64,000 nucleotides of DNA, from NCBI GenBank assembly GCA_047602425.1, contig JASGHG010000001.1, forward strand, positions 2,848,001-2,912,000. The letters run 5' to 3'. The first letter of the stretch is position 1, and each line of letters opens with the position of its first letter. The notes beneath the pieces were generated by a model. It was not told where the DNA came from. It did no database searches and worked only from the letters and a program-made list of their open reading frames with translations. Source of the DNA: Nibricoccus sp. (GTDB taxonomy: Bacteria > Verrucomicrobiota > Verrucomicrobiia > Opitutales > Opitutaceae). The translations under genes and the position numbers were made by a program. This document shows positions 28,687 through 37,565 of the stretch, piece after piece.

Positions 28687-29997
28687 CAGGCTGCTGAAAA
28701 ACTCCGTGAAACAAACATTAGCGATAGGCGTCAGTTAATGGCATGAGAGGAAAACGTAAGACCCAGGGGGATTTCGTGAGTTTGATCGATGTGGAGCAGC
28801 TGATTGCGGGGGACCATCCGATCCGTGCGATCAAGGGCATGTGCGACGAAGTGCTGGCGGCGATGAGCGGGCACTTTGACGAGATCTATGCCGAAGGAGG
28901 AGCGCCCTCGGTGCCGCCGGAGATGCTGCTCAAAGGCAAAGTGCTGCAAGCGCTCTACACCGTACGCTCGGACCGCCAACTGTGCGCCAGGCTCCAGACC
29001 GACCTGTTGTTCCGCTGGTTTGTGGATCTGCCGCTGGACGAAACGGTCTTCGACGCCTCGGTCTACAGCAAAAACCAGGAACGGCTCCTGCAACACGAAG
29101 TGGCCGATCTGTTCTTTAGCGAAGTGGTGGCCCTGGCCCGCCGGCACGGCTGGGTCAGCGACGATCACTTCAGTGTGGACGGCACGCTAATCGAATCGTG
29201 GGCCTCGCTCAAAAGTTTCAAACGCAAAGACCAGCCCCCAGGCCCCGGCGGCGGGAACAACTGGACCGATTACAAAGGCGAAAAACGCTCCAACGACACG
29301 CACGCTTCCACTACCGACCCCGAGGCGAAACTGGTGCGCAAAGGCCCTGGAAAAGAAGCGCGCCTAAGCTTCGCCGGCCACGCCACAATGGAGAACCGCC
29401 ACGGCCTGTGCGTACTGTTCGAAGTGCATCCGGCCGTCGGCGCCTCCGAATCGAGTGTGGCCGTCGAGCAAATGATCGAACTGCAAAACCGAGGCTTTGC
29501 ACCAAAAACGGTGGGAGCCGACAAAGGCTACCACGACCAGAACTTCATCGAAGGCCTGCGTGCTCAAAAGATAAAGCCGCACCCCGCGCTGCGCAAAGAC
29601 CGCGACGCTCAGGGCGTGATCTGCAAACTCGCTTACGCCCTCAGTCAGAAATGCCGCAAACGCATCGAGGAAATCTTCGGCTGGGCCAAAACCACTGGCT
29701 GCTTCCGGAAAAGCCGGTACCGCGGCGTCGACCGAACCCACGCCCAAGGCCAATACGTGGTGGCCGCCTGCAACCTCGTGCGCATGGCCAAACTGATGCT
29801 CACCGCGCCGCCAAAACTCGCTGGGGCGTGACGCCCCCCGCGGCCGCAGTGTGCCCGTACACTGCGAACCAGCCGCCAAACGCAAGCGGGCCGCGCCCAA
29901 AACGGCGCGAAAAACCCAGTGCACCGCCTGCGTTTATATCAAAAACGCTCAAAATCAGCCTTCCTCCTCTCAAAACACCCCGTTCTTCAGCAGCCTG
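28687..29997 (+). mobile_element. Complete IS5-family insertion sequence, 1311 bp
   Basis: Terminal IRs CAGGCTGCTGAAAAAC (left) and CAGGCTGCTGAAGAAC (right, reverse complement), 15/16 match; CTAG direct repeats at 28683-28686 and 29998-30001; higher GC than flanks. Confidence 0.93.
28743..29831 (+). CDS. IS5-family DDE transposase
   Basis: GAPSVPPEMLL, LFRWFV, FSVDGTLIESWAS, STTDPEA, GADKGY, RKRIEEIFGWAK. Confidence 0.95.
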   Translation: MRGKRKTQGDFVSLIDVEQLIAGDHPIRAIKGMCDEVLAAMSGHFDEIYAEGGAPSVPPEMLLKGKVLQALYTVRSDRQLCARLQTDLLFRWFVDLPLDETVFDASVYSKNQERLLQHEVADLFFSEVVALARRHGWVSDDHFSVDGTLIESWASLKSFKRKDQPPGPGGGNNWTDYKGEKRSNDTHASTTDPEAKLVRKGPGKEARLSFAGHATMENRHGLCVLFEVHPAVGASESSVAVEQMIELQNRGFAPKTVGADKGYHDQNFIEGLRAQKIKPHPALRKDRDAQGVICKLAYALSQKCRKRIEEIFGWAKTTGCFRKSRYRGVDRTHAQGQYVVAACNLVRMAKLMLTAPPKLAGA

Positions 29998-30061
29998 CTA
30001 GGTTGGATTCTTCGGGGTCAAAGTCGCCACCTCTACAATTCTAATTGTTAAGGAACCTAAT

Positions 30062-32509
30062 CTAATGTTGAGGTGGCTCGCTTTTCGGGAAAATGCATCC
30101 AACGAAGAGATATATGGGTATCGCCAAAAGGAACAATGCTGTGATGCCCCACGTCATTGAAAAGGCGACGCTTAGTATGGGCGCCAATACCGAAAAAATT
30201 CCATTTATACCCCACCCCCAAGGAACATACTCGGGCGCCTTACCTTTCAACTGATCGACAGCAGTCGGTAAGAATACTCCTAGCAGCAATCCCAAGGGAA
30301 ATACCAAGGTAATCACCACCAATGCTCGTGCAGCGAATCCGTTAAAGGTGAGAAAGCGCAATGAGGGAAAGGCAATCAAGCATTCCGCCACGACGGAGAT
30401 ACAGAAGGTATAGCTTAATATTCTGATGCCTCCCAATCTTCTAATCAGGTATTTTGACGTCAGTGACCCCAATCCCGTCGCAAAGAGCAGCGCGGCTAGC
30501 ACCACTGAGAGCGCATAGTTCGGATGGCCCAGATAGAGACCAAATTTCTGCAAAAGGGCGACTTCAACCGCCAAATAACCAATGGCTGTCGATGCGAAAA
30601 TGAGGGCGTATTGTCTCGGTGCCGGAACTTTTGCCACTCGGCTCAACCCTTTGAGCGGCCACCATACGCAGAACAAAGCGACGATTCCCACTAGAATTAA
30701 CATCAGTATAAGGGTTATTTCCATCACAGGCACGATGCGATGCTGAAGGTCAGGCCATTCCGCCCAACGTGTGAATTTAAACAATCCTGGAAGGTGGTTC
30801 CATCGGGAGAAATTAAAGAAAAAAGGCCTGTCGTCGGTTGCTGGCGAAATAACGAACGGAGTTTCGTCGAAGAATCTCGCTTCTTTTCCGGAAACCCACT
30901 GTTCCAAAAAATATCGATAAGTATTTTTTGCTTTATATGTCAGATACGGTGCAACAGCCAACGTGAGGTATTTGTTACCGCCCACCCATTGGGACAGTTT
31001 TTTTATCTCCTGCGGTGAGAATGGATTCTTTTTAATTAACAGTGCCATAAAAGCCCCGTTGCTCTGGGCGACCATAACGAGGTGATTGGTGGGATCTTGC
31101 ACGCCTATATTACGCAGCGCCTTGGCTGCAGTTGTCATGACCCTGAGCATTTCGCGTGGAGGATAATGCTCCATACGCATGATATTGATGATTCCATCAT
31201 TTGTCAATTTTGATAAATATAGATCCAGTGCTTCTGTGGTATATAGATAGCTTTCAGAAAATACATGGGCAGCCCCCGGCGTACCGCTGTAGGAATCTAC
31301 TCCGGAGAGCTGTATAATGTCGAATTGATCTGAAGACGATGCGAGATAGTGTCTGCCGTCGTCGTAGACCAAATGTACTCGCGGGTCAGTCGTCCAATGC
31401 CGGAAGTAGTCGAAGAACTGCTTCTGCAGTATATTTAGAGTGGCCTTATTTACTTCAATGCCGGTGATGTCACGCGCGTTGAAATTTATGGCGGTCAACA
31501 CATCGAACCCTCCTCCAACGCCTATGATCGCAGTTTTCGGATTGGAAAGAGTGCTGGCAACGTAGGCGGAAGAATAAATCGTTTCCTGAATGCCATTAAG
31601 TGATTCAGGAGTTCCATCGTATGCGACTGCATAGGTGAAGGCAAAGTTGTTTTGGGTAAGCATCCGTTTGTATCGTCTGAGGAATGCTTCGTTCGTGCCG
31701 ATCAAGGAAGGAAACGAGACTGTGGTAGGGCTTGGAGCCGGAATGCTTGATACTTCAATTCGGGCCACTGGATCCCATTGGGTATAATCGATGGAGAAAC
31801 CGAGCGGTGCTTTGGAAAACACAGCTAGTTCTGTTCCTTCCGGATATCGAAACGTATAAAGCCGTTTTGCGTACACAAAAGAAGCAACAATTGCTACGGT
31901 TGTTGCGGCAGAAAGAATATAGATTTTTTTTTGCCGAGGGGGAAAGGTTAGTGCACAAACTAGGAGTAACGCGGCGCAAGTCACCAACATTACATTTTCG
32001 ACCCCCAGCCAACTGATCACCGGCAATATAGCCAGCGCTCCCAGCGCAGAACCGGTAAGGTCCCAAAAATAGATTCTCTGGGTTGGGAAGTCCGGATTGG
32101 ATAGCAATATTCCCAGAATTAGGCCAGAGAATATAAAAGGCAGCGCAAACAGCAGAGCCAGTGGGAGAGTTTTGAGCAAACTGACGACGAACTCATTCAG
32201 GTTTGAAAAGAAAGGGTTGCCCACTGGGGCGTGGTAGAAAAGTAGGGAGCAACTGATTACCGACAGAACTAATAGGGAAGCCCACACTGACACCATGTCG
32301 TCTAAGGACCCCAACCAGTAAGTAAGTTTTTTCGACAAAAGCACCCCCGAGAACGCGAAGCCTAGCATAGTGAGCGATATCACGAGGAAGGCGTAGTTAT
32401 TGAGAAGTTTTGCCGAGATAATGCGATACAGGAGTATTTGGATAGTGAGGGTCGCGAATCCTGTTATGAAAGCTGTGGTCGACGCCTTAAAAGTGGCCGG
32501 TGTTTGCAT
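30062..32509 (-). CDS. Multi-pass membrane protein with central spermidine-synthase-like SAM domain
   Basis: TM bundle, IYFWDLTGSALG, IIGVGGGFDV, GIEVN, DDGRHYL, FDIIQLSGVDS, ESYLYTTEA, PATDDRPFF, LGHPNYAL, WGWGINGIFSV; lower GC. Confidence 0.82.
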   Translation of the reverse strand: MQTPATFKASTTAFITGFATLTIQILLYRIISAKLLNNYAFLVISLTMLGFAFSGVLLSKKLTYWLGSLDDMVSVWASLLVLSVISCSLLFYHAPVGNPFFSNLNEFVVSLLKTLPLALLFALPFIFSGLILGILLSNPDFPTQRIYFWDLTGSALGALAILPVISWLGVENVMLVTCAALLLVCALTFPPRQKKIYILSAATTVAIVASFVYAKRLYTFRYPEGTELAVFSKAPLGFSIDYTQWDPVARIEVSSIPAPSPTTVSFPSLIGTNEAFLRRYKRMLTQNNFAFTYAVAYDGTPESLNGIQETIYSSAYVASTLSNPKTAIIGVGGGFDVLTAINFNARDITGIEVNKATLNILQKQFFDYFRHWTTDPRVHLVYDDGRHYLASSSDQFDIIQLSGVDSYSGTPGAAHVFSESYLYTTEALDLYLSKLTNDGIINIMRMEHYPPREMLRVMTTAAKALRNIGVQDPTNHLVMVAQSNGAFMALLIKKNPFSPQEIKKLSQWVGGNKYLTLAVAPYLTYKAKNTYRYFLEQWVSGKEARFFDETPFVISPATDDRPFFFNFSRWNHLPGLFKFTRWAEWPDLQHRIVPVMEITLILMLILVGIVALFCVWWPLKGLSRVAKVPAPRQYALIFASTAIGYLAVEVALLQKFGLYLGHPNYALSVVLAALLFATGLGSLTSKYLIRRLGGIRILSYTFCISVVAECLIAFPSLRFLTFNGFAARALVVITLVFPLGLLLGVFLPTAVDQLKGKAPEYVPWGWGINGIFSVLAPILSVAFSMTWGITALFLLAIPIYLFVGCIFPKSEPPQH

Positions 32510-32693
32510 GTGAATTTATAATGTCCCTCTTGGGGGCAAAATTCTATAGCTGACGATGTCTATTGCCTCAAGATATATTTCTTCGGAACATTCTGTCTTT
32601 GGATACCTTCCACGGTTTATGGTTTTGTTGATAGCTCTAGTTAATGCGCTGATTCACTTGACGGTTCGATTCCTGTTGTGCCTTTTTGCCTCA

Positions 32694-33401
32694 ATGCCTG
32701 ATGAATCCTCGACCAAATTCCCGTATAGGAAATCTCTGTTGATCAAGCTCGCAATTGTGGGGAGCGTGGTGCTGCTGACGTTGGTTGTGGTGCTGCAATT
32801 CTGGTCGGTAAAGGAGTTAATTGGGTTGACCAAAGGTGGGATTGAACGGGTGAAGACATGGGCGCAGACGGTGGGACCGGGGCCGTATTTTACGGCGATG
32901 GCGGTGCTGCCGGCGGCGGGATTTCCGATCAGCGTATTTACGTTGATGGCGGGCGGATTGTTCGGTCCGCAAATCGGGCTCGGGTGGACGATCGTGTGGG
33001 CGTTGCTGGCGCTGGCTGTGAACATGGCGCTGACGTATTGGCTGGCTCGATACGCTTTGCGTCCCTTACTGGAAAAATTGATGCGGAAGATGGGGTATGA
33101 TTTGCCGCAGGTCTCAAAGGAAAATCATGCGAGCCTGACCTTGTTCATCCGTATCACGCCGGGCCCGCCTTATTTCGTGCAAGGTTACCTGCTCGGCCTC
33201 GCGGAGGTTCCTTTTGTCACTTACATGTGGTTGTCGTGGGTGTGCCAGGGTGGTTATGCGGTCGCCATGGTGGTGTTTGGGGACTCCTTGATGAAGGGCA
33301 ACGGCAAGATCGTTTTTTTGGCGGTGGGGATTTTAGTCGGATTGACAATCGCGGTCAAAATGATGCGTCGTCGGATGGCGCAGAAAAAGGGTGATGCGTG
33401 A
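32694..33401 (+). CDS. TVP38/TMEM64 (DedA/VTT) family membrane protein
   Basis: AVLPAAGFP, AGGLFG, YWLAR, IRITPGPPYFVQGYLLGL; TTGACG -35-like box at 32658. Confidence 0.85.
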   Translation: MPDESSTKFPYRKSLLIKLAIVGSVVLLTLVVVLQFWSVKELIGLTKGGIERVKTWAQTVGPGPYFTAMAVLPAAGFPISVFTLMAGGLFGPQIGLGWTIVWALLALAVNMALTYWLARYALRPLLEKLMRKMGYDLPQVSKENHASLTLFIRITPGPPYFVQGYLLGLAEVPFVTYMWLSWVCQGGYAVAMVVFGDSLMKGNGKIVFLAVGILVGLTIAVKMMRRRMAQKKGDA

Positions 33402-34699
33402 AAATGGACGTCCAGCAAGACGGTGGTCTAGAGCAGGAACGAGCGCTGAGCGTGAGTGAATTCACCCGGTGCGTGAAGGAAGTGCTGGAGGGTGCGTTGC
33501 CGCCATGCTGGGTGCGGGGCGAGGTTTCCAACTTGCGGCAGCAGGCGAGTGGACATGTCTATTTTTCTATCAAGGATTCCGGGGCGCAGTTGTCGGCGGT
33601 GATGTTTCGCGGCGATGCGATGCGCCAGGGCATTATTCTGCGCGATGACCTGCAGGTTTTGGTTTATGGCAATGTGAGCGTTTACGAGGCGCGTGGTCAG
33701 TATCAGTTGGTGGTGCGTGCAGTGGTGGAGGATGGACACGGGCGTTTGCAGAGGGAGTTCGAGGCTCTAAAACGGCGGCTGGCCGACGAGGGTTTGTTTG
33801 CTTCGGAGCGGAAGGTGCCAGTGCCGACAATGCCGGCGGTCGTGGGATTTATCACGTCGCCCACGGGCGCGGCGGTGCAGGATTTTATTCGTATTCTGGC
33901 GCGGCGGGGCTGGCGGGGGCGATTGGTTGTGTTGCCTGCGAAGGTTCAAGGCGCGGGTGCGGCGGAGGAAATGATCGCACAACTACGGCTGGCGGAGGCA
34001 CTGGGGATTTTCGATCTGTTGGTGATCGGGCGCGGCGGCGGGAGCCTGGAGGATTTATGGGCGTTTAACGAAGAGCCTCTTGTGCGTGCTATTGCGGATT
34101 GCACGATACCGATTGTTTCGGCAGTGGGACACGAAATAGATTTTTCCTTATGCGACTTTGCGGCGGATGTGCGGGCGGAAACGCCGAGCGCGGCGGCAGA
34201 GTTGATTTCGAGCAGTTTCGTGGCATGTGCGGAACGATTGGCACGGCTGGCATGTTCGGTTGAGGATGCGATGGATCGCACGTTGAGCGAGGCGCGGGCG
34301 CGGGTGGAGCATGGAGCGAGCCGGCTTAGACTCCTGTCGCCAGCATCGGTGGTGGAGCACGGGCATTTGCGGGTGGACGATTTAACGAACCGAATGATAT
34401 CGGCAGTCGAGAGGGTTGTGCAATTGCGGCGTCACGGGTTGGGGCAAGCGGCGATGCGCTTTGCACGGTGCGGTCCGCAGGCGCGCGTCGAAGGCGAATC
34501 GCAGCGGCTATTGGCATTGTGGAAACGGCTGGAGTCCGCGAGTCCGGCATCGGTTTTAAAGCGCGGTTTTGTGATCATGCGCGATGAGGCGGGACGCCCA
34601 CTGGCGCGACGTTCCGAAGTCAAGCCAGGGCAACGGTTGCAGGCGCAATTTGGCGACGGAGTGGCGCCTTTGCGCGCCGAGGGCGTTAATGGAGAATGA
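33398..34699 (+). CDS. xseA: Exodeoxyribonuclease VII large subunit
   Basis: WVRGEVSN, SGHVYFSIKD, ITSPTGAAVQD, GRGGGSLEDLWAFNEE, SAVGHEID, RAETPSAAAE. Confidence 0.97.
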   Translation: MKMDVQQDGGLEQERALSVSEFTRCVKEVLEGALPPCWVRGEVSNLRQQASGHVYFSIKDSGAQLSAVMFRGDAMRQGIILRDDLQVLVYGNVSVYEARGQYQLVVRAVVEDGHGRLQREFEALKRRLADEGLFASERKVPVPTMPAVVGFITSPTGAAVQDFIRILARRGWRGRLVVLPAKVQGAGAAEEMIAQLRLAEALGIFDLLVIGRGGGSLEDLWAFNEEPLVRAIADCTIPIVSAVGHEIDFSLCDFAADVRAETPSAAAELISSSFVACAERLARLACSVEDAMDRTLSEARARVEHGASRLRLLSPASVVEHGHLRVDDLTNRMISAVERVVQLRRHGLGQAAMRFARCGPQARVEGESQRLLALWKRLESASPASVLKRGFVIMRDEAGRPLARRSEVKPGQRLQAQFGDGVAPLRAEGVNGE

Positions 34700-34780
34700 A
34701 GAACAGATAGCGTAGAATGTTGGAGGAAATTGGCGGTCGGCTGGAATAAATCGGCGAATGGAATACTCTCATAGAGAGCC

Positions 34781-35428
34781 ATGAACGCCGCGAAAATTCT
34801 CCCAACCACGATTTTATTGACCCTGCCTTTGCTTGCGATGGGGCTCCGTGCGGAAAACGATATGAAACCGAAAAACCAAATCAATTCTTCCTCGTCCGAA
34901 ACCTGCAAAATCGACAACGGCAAGTCCGCTTGCGGCCTGCCTTCGCAGGCGGTGATCGACATGACGCAAACCAAGGTGAAACGAACCGATGCCGAATGGC
35001 GAAAGCTGCTCACGCCGGAACAATATCGCGTGGCGCGTCAGCAGGGGACAGAACCGCCGTTTAGGAATGCATATTGGAATTCCCACGAGGATGGCGTGTT
35101 TTTTTCGGTGTGCAGTGAAACGCCGCTTTTTGACAGCCGCGACAAGTTCGATTCGGGCACGGGCTGGCCGAGCTTCACGAAACCGATTGAACCGGTTTTT
35201 GTCGGCGAATCGCGGGATAGTAGCCATGGCATGGTTCGGGTCGAGGTCCATTGCGCGGTGGACGGCGCGCATCTGGGACATGTTTTCCGTGATGGGCCTG
35301 AACCGACGGGTTTGCGCTACTGCATCAACTCCGCGTCGCTGCGCTTCATGCCGCGCAAGGAGTATGAGGCCTGGGTCGCAAAGAATTCTGAACGGGTCGC
35401 AAGCGCCACGCCGGAGCGAGCGCCGTAA
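34781..35428 (+). CDS. msrB: Peptide-methionine (R)-S-oxide reductase with signal peptide
   Basis: [36 protein letters not shown]; hydrophobic N-terminal leader. Confidence 0.95.
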   Translation: MNAAKILPTTILLTLPLLAMGLRAENDMKPKNQINSSSSETCKIDNGKSACGLPSQAVIDMTQTKVKRTDAEWRKLLTPEQYRVARQQGTEPPFRNAYWNSHEDGVFFSVCSETPLFDSRDKFDSGTGWPSFTKPIEPVFVGESRDSSHGMVRVEVHCAVDGAHLGHVFRDGPEPTGLRYCINSASLRFMPRKEYEAWVAKNSERVASATPERAP

Positions 35429-35431
35429 GCC

Positions 35432-36073
35432 CTATTCTTTGGACTTGGTAAGCCCGATCATTTTCACGAGCGAAAGGGTGTTGCCGATAATGCGTCCTCG
35501 CACGTCGGCGGACGTCGTGACGAATTCCTTGCGACCAACGAGCTTGCAGACCTCGCCATGAAAATAGCCATGAATGAGCTGGCCGGCCCAAATGAGCGCG
35601 TCCTCGCTAAGTGCATTTTTGGTGGTAGAGGTGATTTCGGCGGCGATCAATCGGGTCCAAAATACGCGCATTTCCTCAAGTCGCTTCATGATCTGGGGTG
35701 AAGGCTTGCCAGAAAGGGGTTCCAGCCAGAAGAGGCGATAGTGCGCGGGGTGGGCGAGCGAATAGTCGAGCTGGGTTTCGATGAAGTGGCGTAAAGGCGC
35801 GCTTTTGGCCGCGGGATTTTGCAGGCTGGCGAAAGTGTGATCCATGAGACGTTGCAAAGCGACGTCCAGGGCGGCCCAAAAAAGTTTTTCCAGCGAATCA
35901 AAATAGTTGTAGACGTTGGTGTGGGCGCAACGGGCCTGCGCGGCGATTTGGCGCAAATTCACGCCGCGGCATCCGTTGTTCTTCTCAATGAGGCGCAGGG
36001 TGATGTCGACCAGGCGTTTTTGGAGGGAGGCGGGCGCTGACTTGCGACGGGGGCGTTTCTTCTTGATTGGCAT
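35432..36073 (-). CDS. TetR/AcrR-family transcriptional regulator
   Basis: HTH NLRQIAAQARCAHTNVYNYFDSLEKL; all-helical C-terminus. Confidence 0.88.
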   Translation of the reverse strand: MPIKKKRPRRKSAPASLQKRLVDITLRLIEKNNGCRGVNLRQIAAQARCAHTNVYNYFDSLEKLFWAALDVALQRLMDHTFASLQNPAAKSAPLRHFIETQLDYSLAHPAHYRLFWLEPLSGKPSPQIMKRLEEMRVFWTRLIAAEITSTTKNALSEDALIWAGQLIHGYFHGEVCKLVGRKEFVTTSADVRGRIIGNTLSLVKMIGLTKSKE

Positions 36074-36239
36074 CTAGGCGACGGTCGTTGCGAGGTGACC
36101 GAAGTGTCAAACGGAGCGACGTCGGATTTTTTAAGCGAAATTTCGTGGGGAATTTCCTTGGCCCCCCATTTGGAGTTTATTGTGCAGCCCACAAAAAAAT
36201 ATGCTGGGCGCATGGGAAGATTCGCGAAAAAATCCGCTG

Positions 36240-36950
36240 ATGTGTTGCCGCTATCTTCTCCACAAAGAGCATCTGAAAAAGGTGCTGGCGCAAATGGGCA
36301 TTCGAGTGCCGGAGATGGCGACACGTTATAATATCGCGCCGGGAACGAAAATTCCTGCGGTCCGAAAAACCTCCCGTGCGGAAACCGGGTGCGAGTTTGC
36401 AACATTGCGCTGGGGATTGGTGCCAGCGTGGTCGAAGGATGGTCCGCAGCAGGCGGGACTGGTCAATGCGAGGGTAGAGAGTCTGGAAATCAAAGCTTCT
36501 TTTCGCGAAGCATTTCGGGCGCGGCGTTGCTTGATTCCGGCGAGCGGGTTTTACGAGTGGAAAATTGCGGGGCGGGCGCGCTTGCCTTGGTTGTTTCAGC
36601 TGATCGATGACGAACCATTTTTCCTGGCAGGTTTATGGGAGTCTTGGGTGAGTCCGGACGGAACGCCGTGGGAAACCTGTGCCGTGATCACGACCGAGCC
36701 GAATCTTCTGATGCAGCCAATTCATCATCGCATGCCGGCCATCCTGGCGCTTGGAAGCGCCGAGGCATGGCTCGATCCTGCGGCGCGGACCGAGGAGTTG
36801 CGCGATTTGCTAAGGACCTTTCCGACTGAGCTGTTGAAAACGCGGCCGGTTTCGTTGCGGGTGAATTCCGCGGCAAACGACGATCCGGAATGTCTCCAAT
36901 CCGTGGATACGAACATGCCGGATGGAGGGCAGGGTATGCTGGCCTTGTGA
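36240..36950 (+). CDS. SOS response-associated peptidase (SRAP/YedK/HMCES-like abasic-site protection protein)
   Basis: N-terminal MCCRY (Cys2), RYNIAPG, WGLVPAW, NARVE, RRCLIPASGFYEW, IHHRMP. Confidence 0.93.
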   Translation: MCCRYLLHKEHLKKVLAQMGIRVPEMATRYNIAPGTKIPAVRKTSRAETGCEFATLRWGLVPAWSKDGPQQAGLVNARVESLEIKASFREAFRARRCLIPASGFYEWKIAGRARLPWLFQLIDDEPFFLAGLWESWVSPDGTPWETCAVITTEPNLLMQPIHHRMPAILALGSAEAWLDPAARTEELRDLLRTFPTELLKTRPVSLRVNSAANDDPECLQSVDTNMPDGGQGMLAL

Positions 36951-36967
36951 ACCGCCGCCGAGGCCAT

Positions 36968-37417
36968 TCAGCGCGAAATATCGCGTTGGGTAAGGACCTT
37001 GAAGCCGTGGTGGCCGAGCGATTGCGCAGCGACGTCGGCATCCTCGATGTTGAAGGCGAGAGCGGCTTTGCCTTCCGGACGTTTGATGAAGCTGTAGACG
37101 TAGTGGATGTTGATCTCGGCCTCGAAAAGCGCTGCGAGCACATCCTTGAACTGCGATTCACCCTCGATCTCGACCGCGAGAATCTCGCATTCGGTGTACG
37201 GGTAGTCGTTGTTGACGAAAAGCTCACGGGCTTTGTCGGGATCGTCGACGATGAGCCGAATGATCGTGCTGTCCGTCGTGTCGAGGATCGTGCAGGCCAT
37301 CACATGGACGTTATTGTTCTTCAATAGTGACGTCAGATCGTACAGGCGACCCACGCGATTCTCCGTGAAAACCGAGAACTGTTTGACCGGATCAATCGCG
37401 TTTGAAGTGCGGGCCAT
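36968..37417 (-). CDS. Tandem ACT-domain protein
   Basis: KQFSVFTENRVGRL, IIRLIVDDP, INIHYVYSF. Confidence 0.85.
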   Translation of the reverse strand: MARTSNAIDPVKQFSVFTENRVGRLYDLTSLLKNNNVHVMACTILDTTDSTIIRLIVDDPDKARELFVNNDYPYTECEILAVEIEGESQFKDVLAALFEAEINIHYVYSFIKRPEGKAALAFNIEDADVAAQSLGHHGFKVLTQRDISR

Positions 37418-37565
37418 GGGGAGAGACGAAGTTGTTGGCAGCGTGGAGGCAGCTGGTGCCCGGGTCAACTGCACGTATCGAATCTATTGCCCCGCAGCCT
37501 GCACGCATCTCCGAGGTTGCAATACGCGCGTATCGGGGAAACTGTTGGGCTTTCCACTATTTATC

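Noticed and set aside
29198..30001. 267-aa plus-strand ORF within the IS as a second IS gene
   Set aside because: Out-of-frame overlap with the transposase, low complexity, no motif
36240..36254. SRAP N-terminus MCCRY instead of MCGR as an inactivating change
   Set aside because: Catalytic Cys2, Glu (FYEW) and His (IHHRMP) are retained; a minor variant
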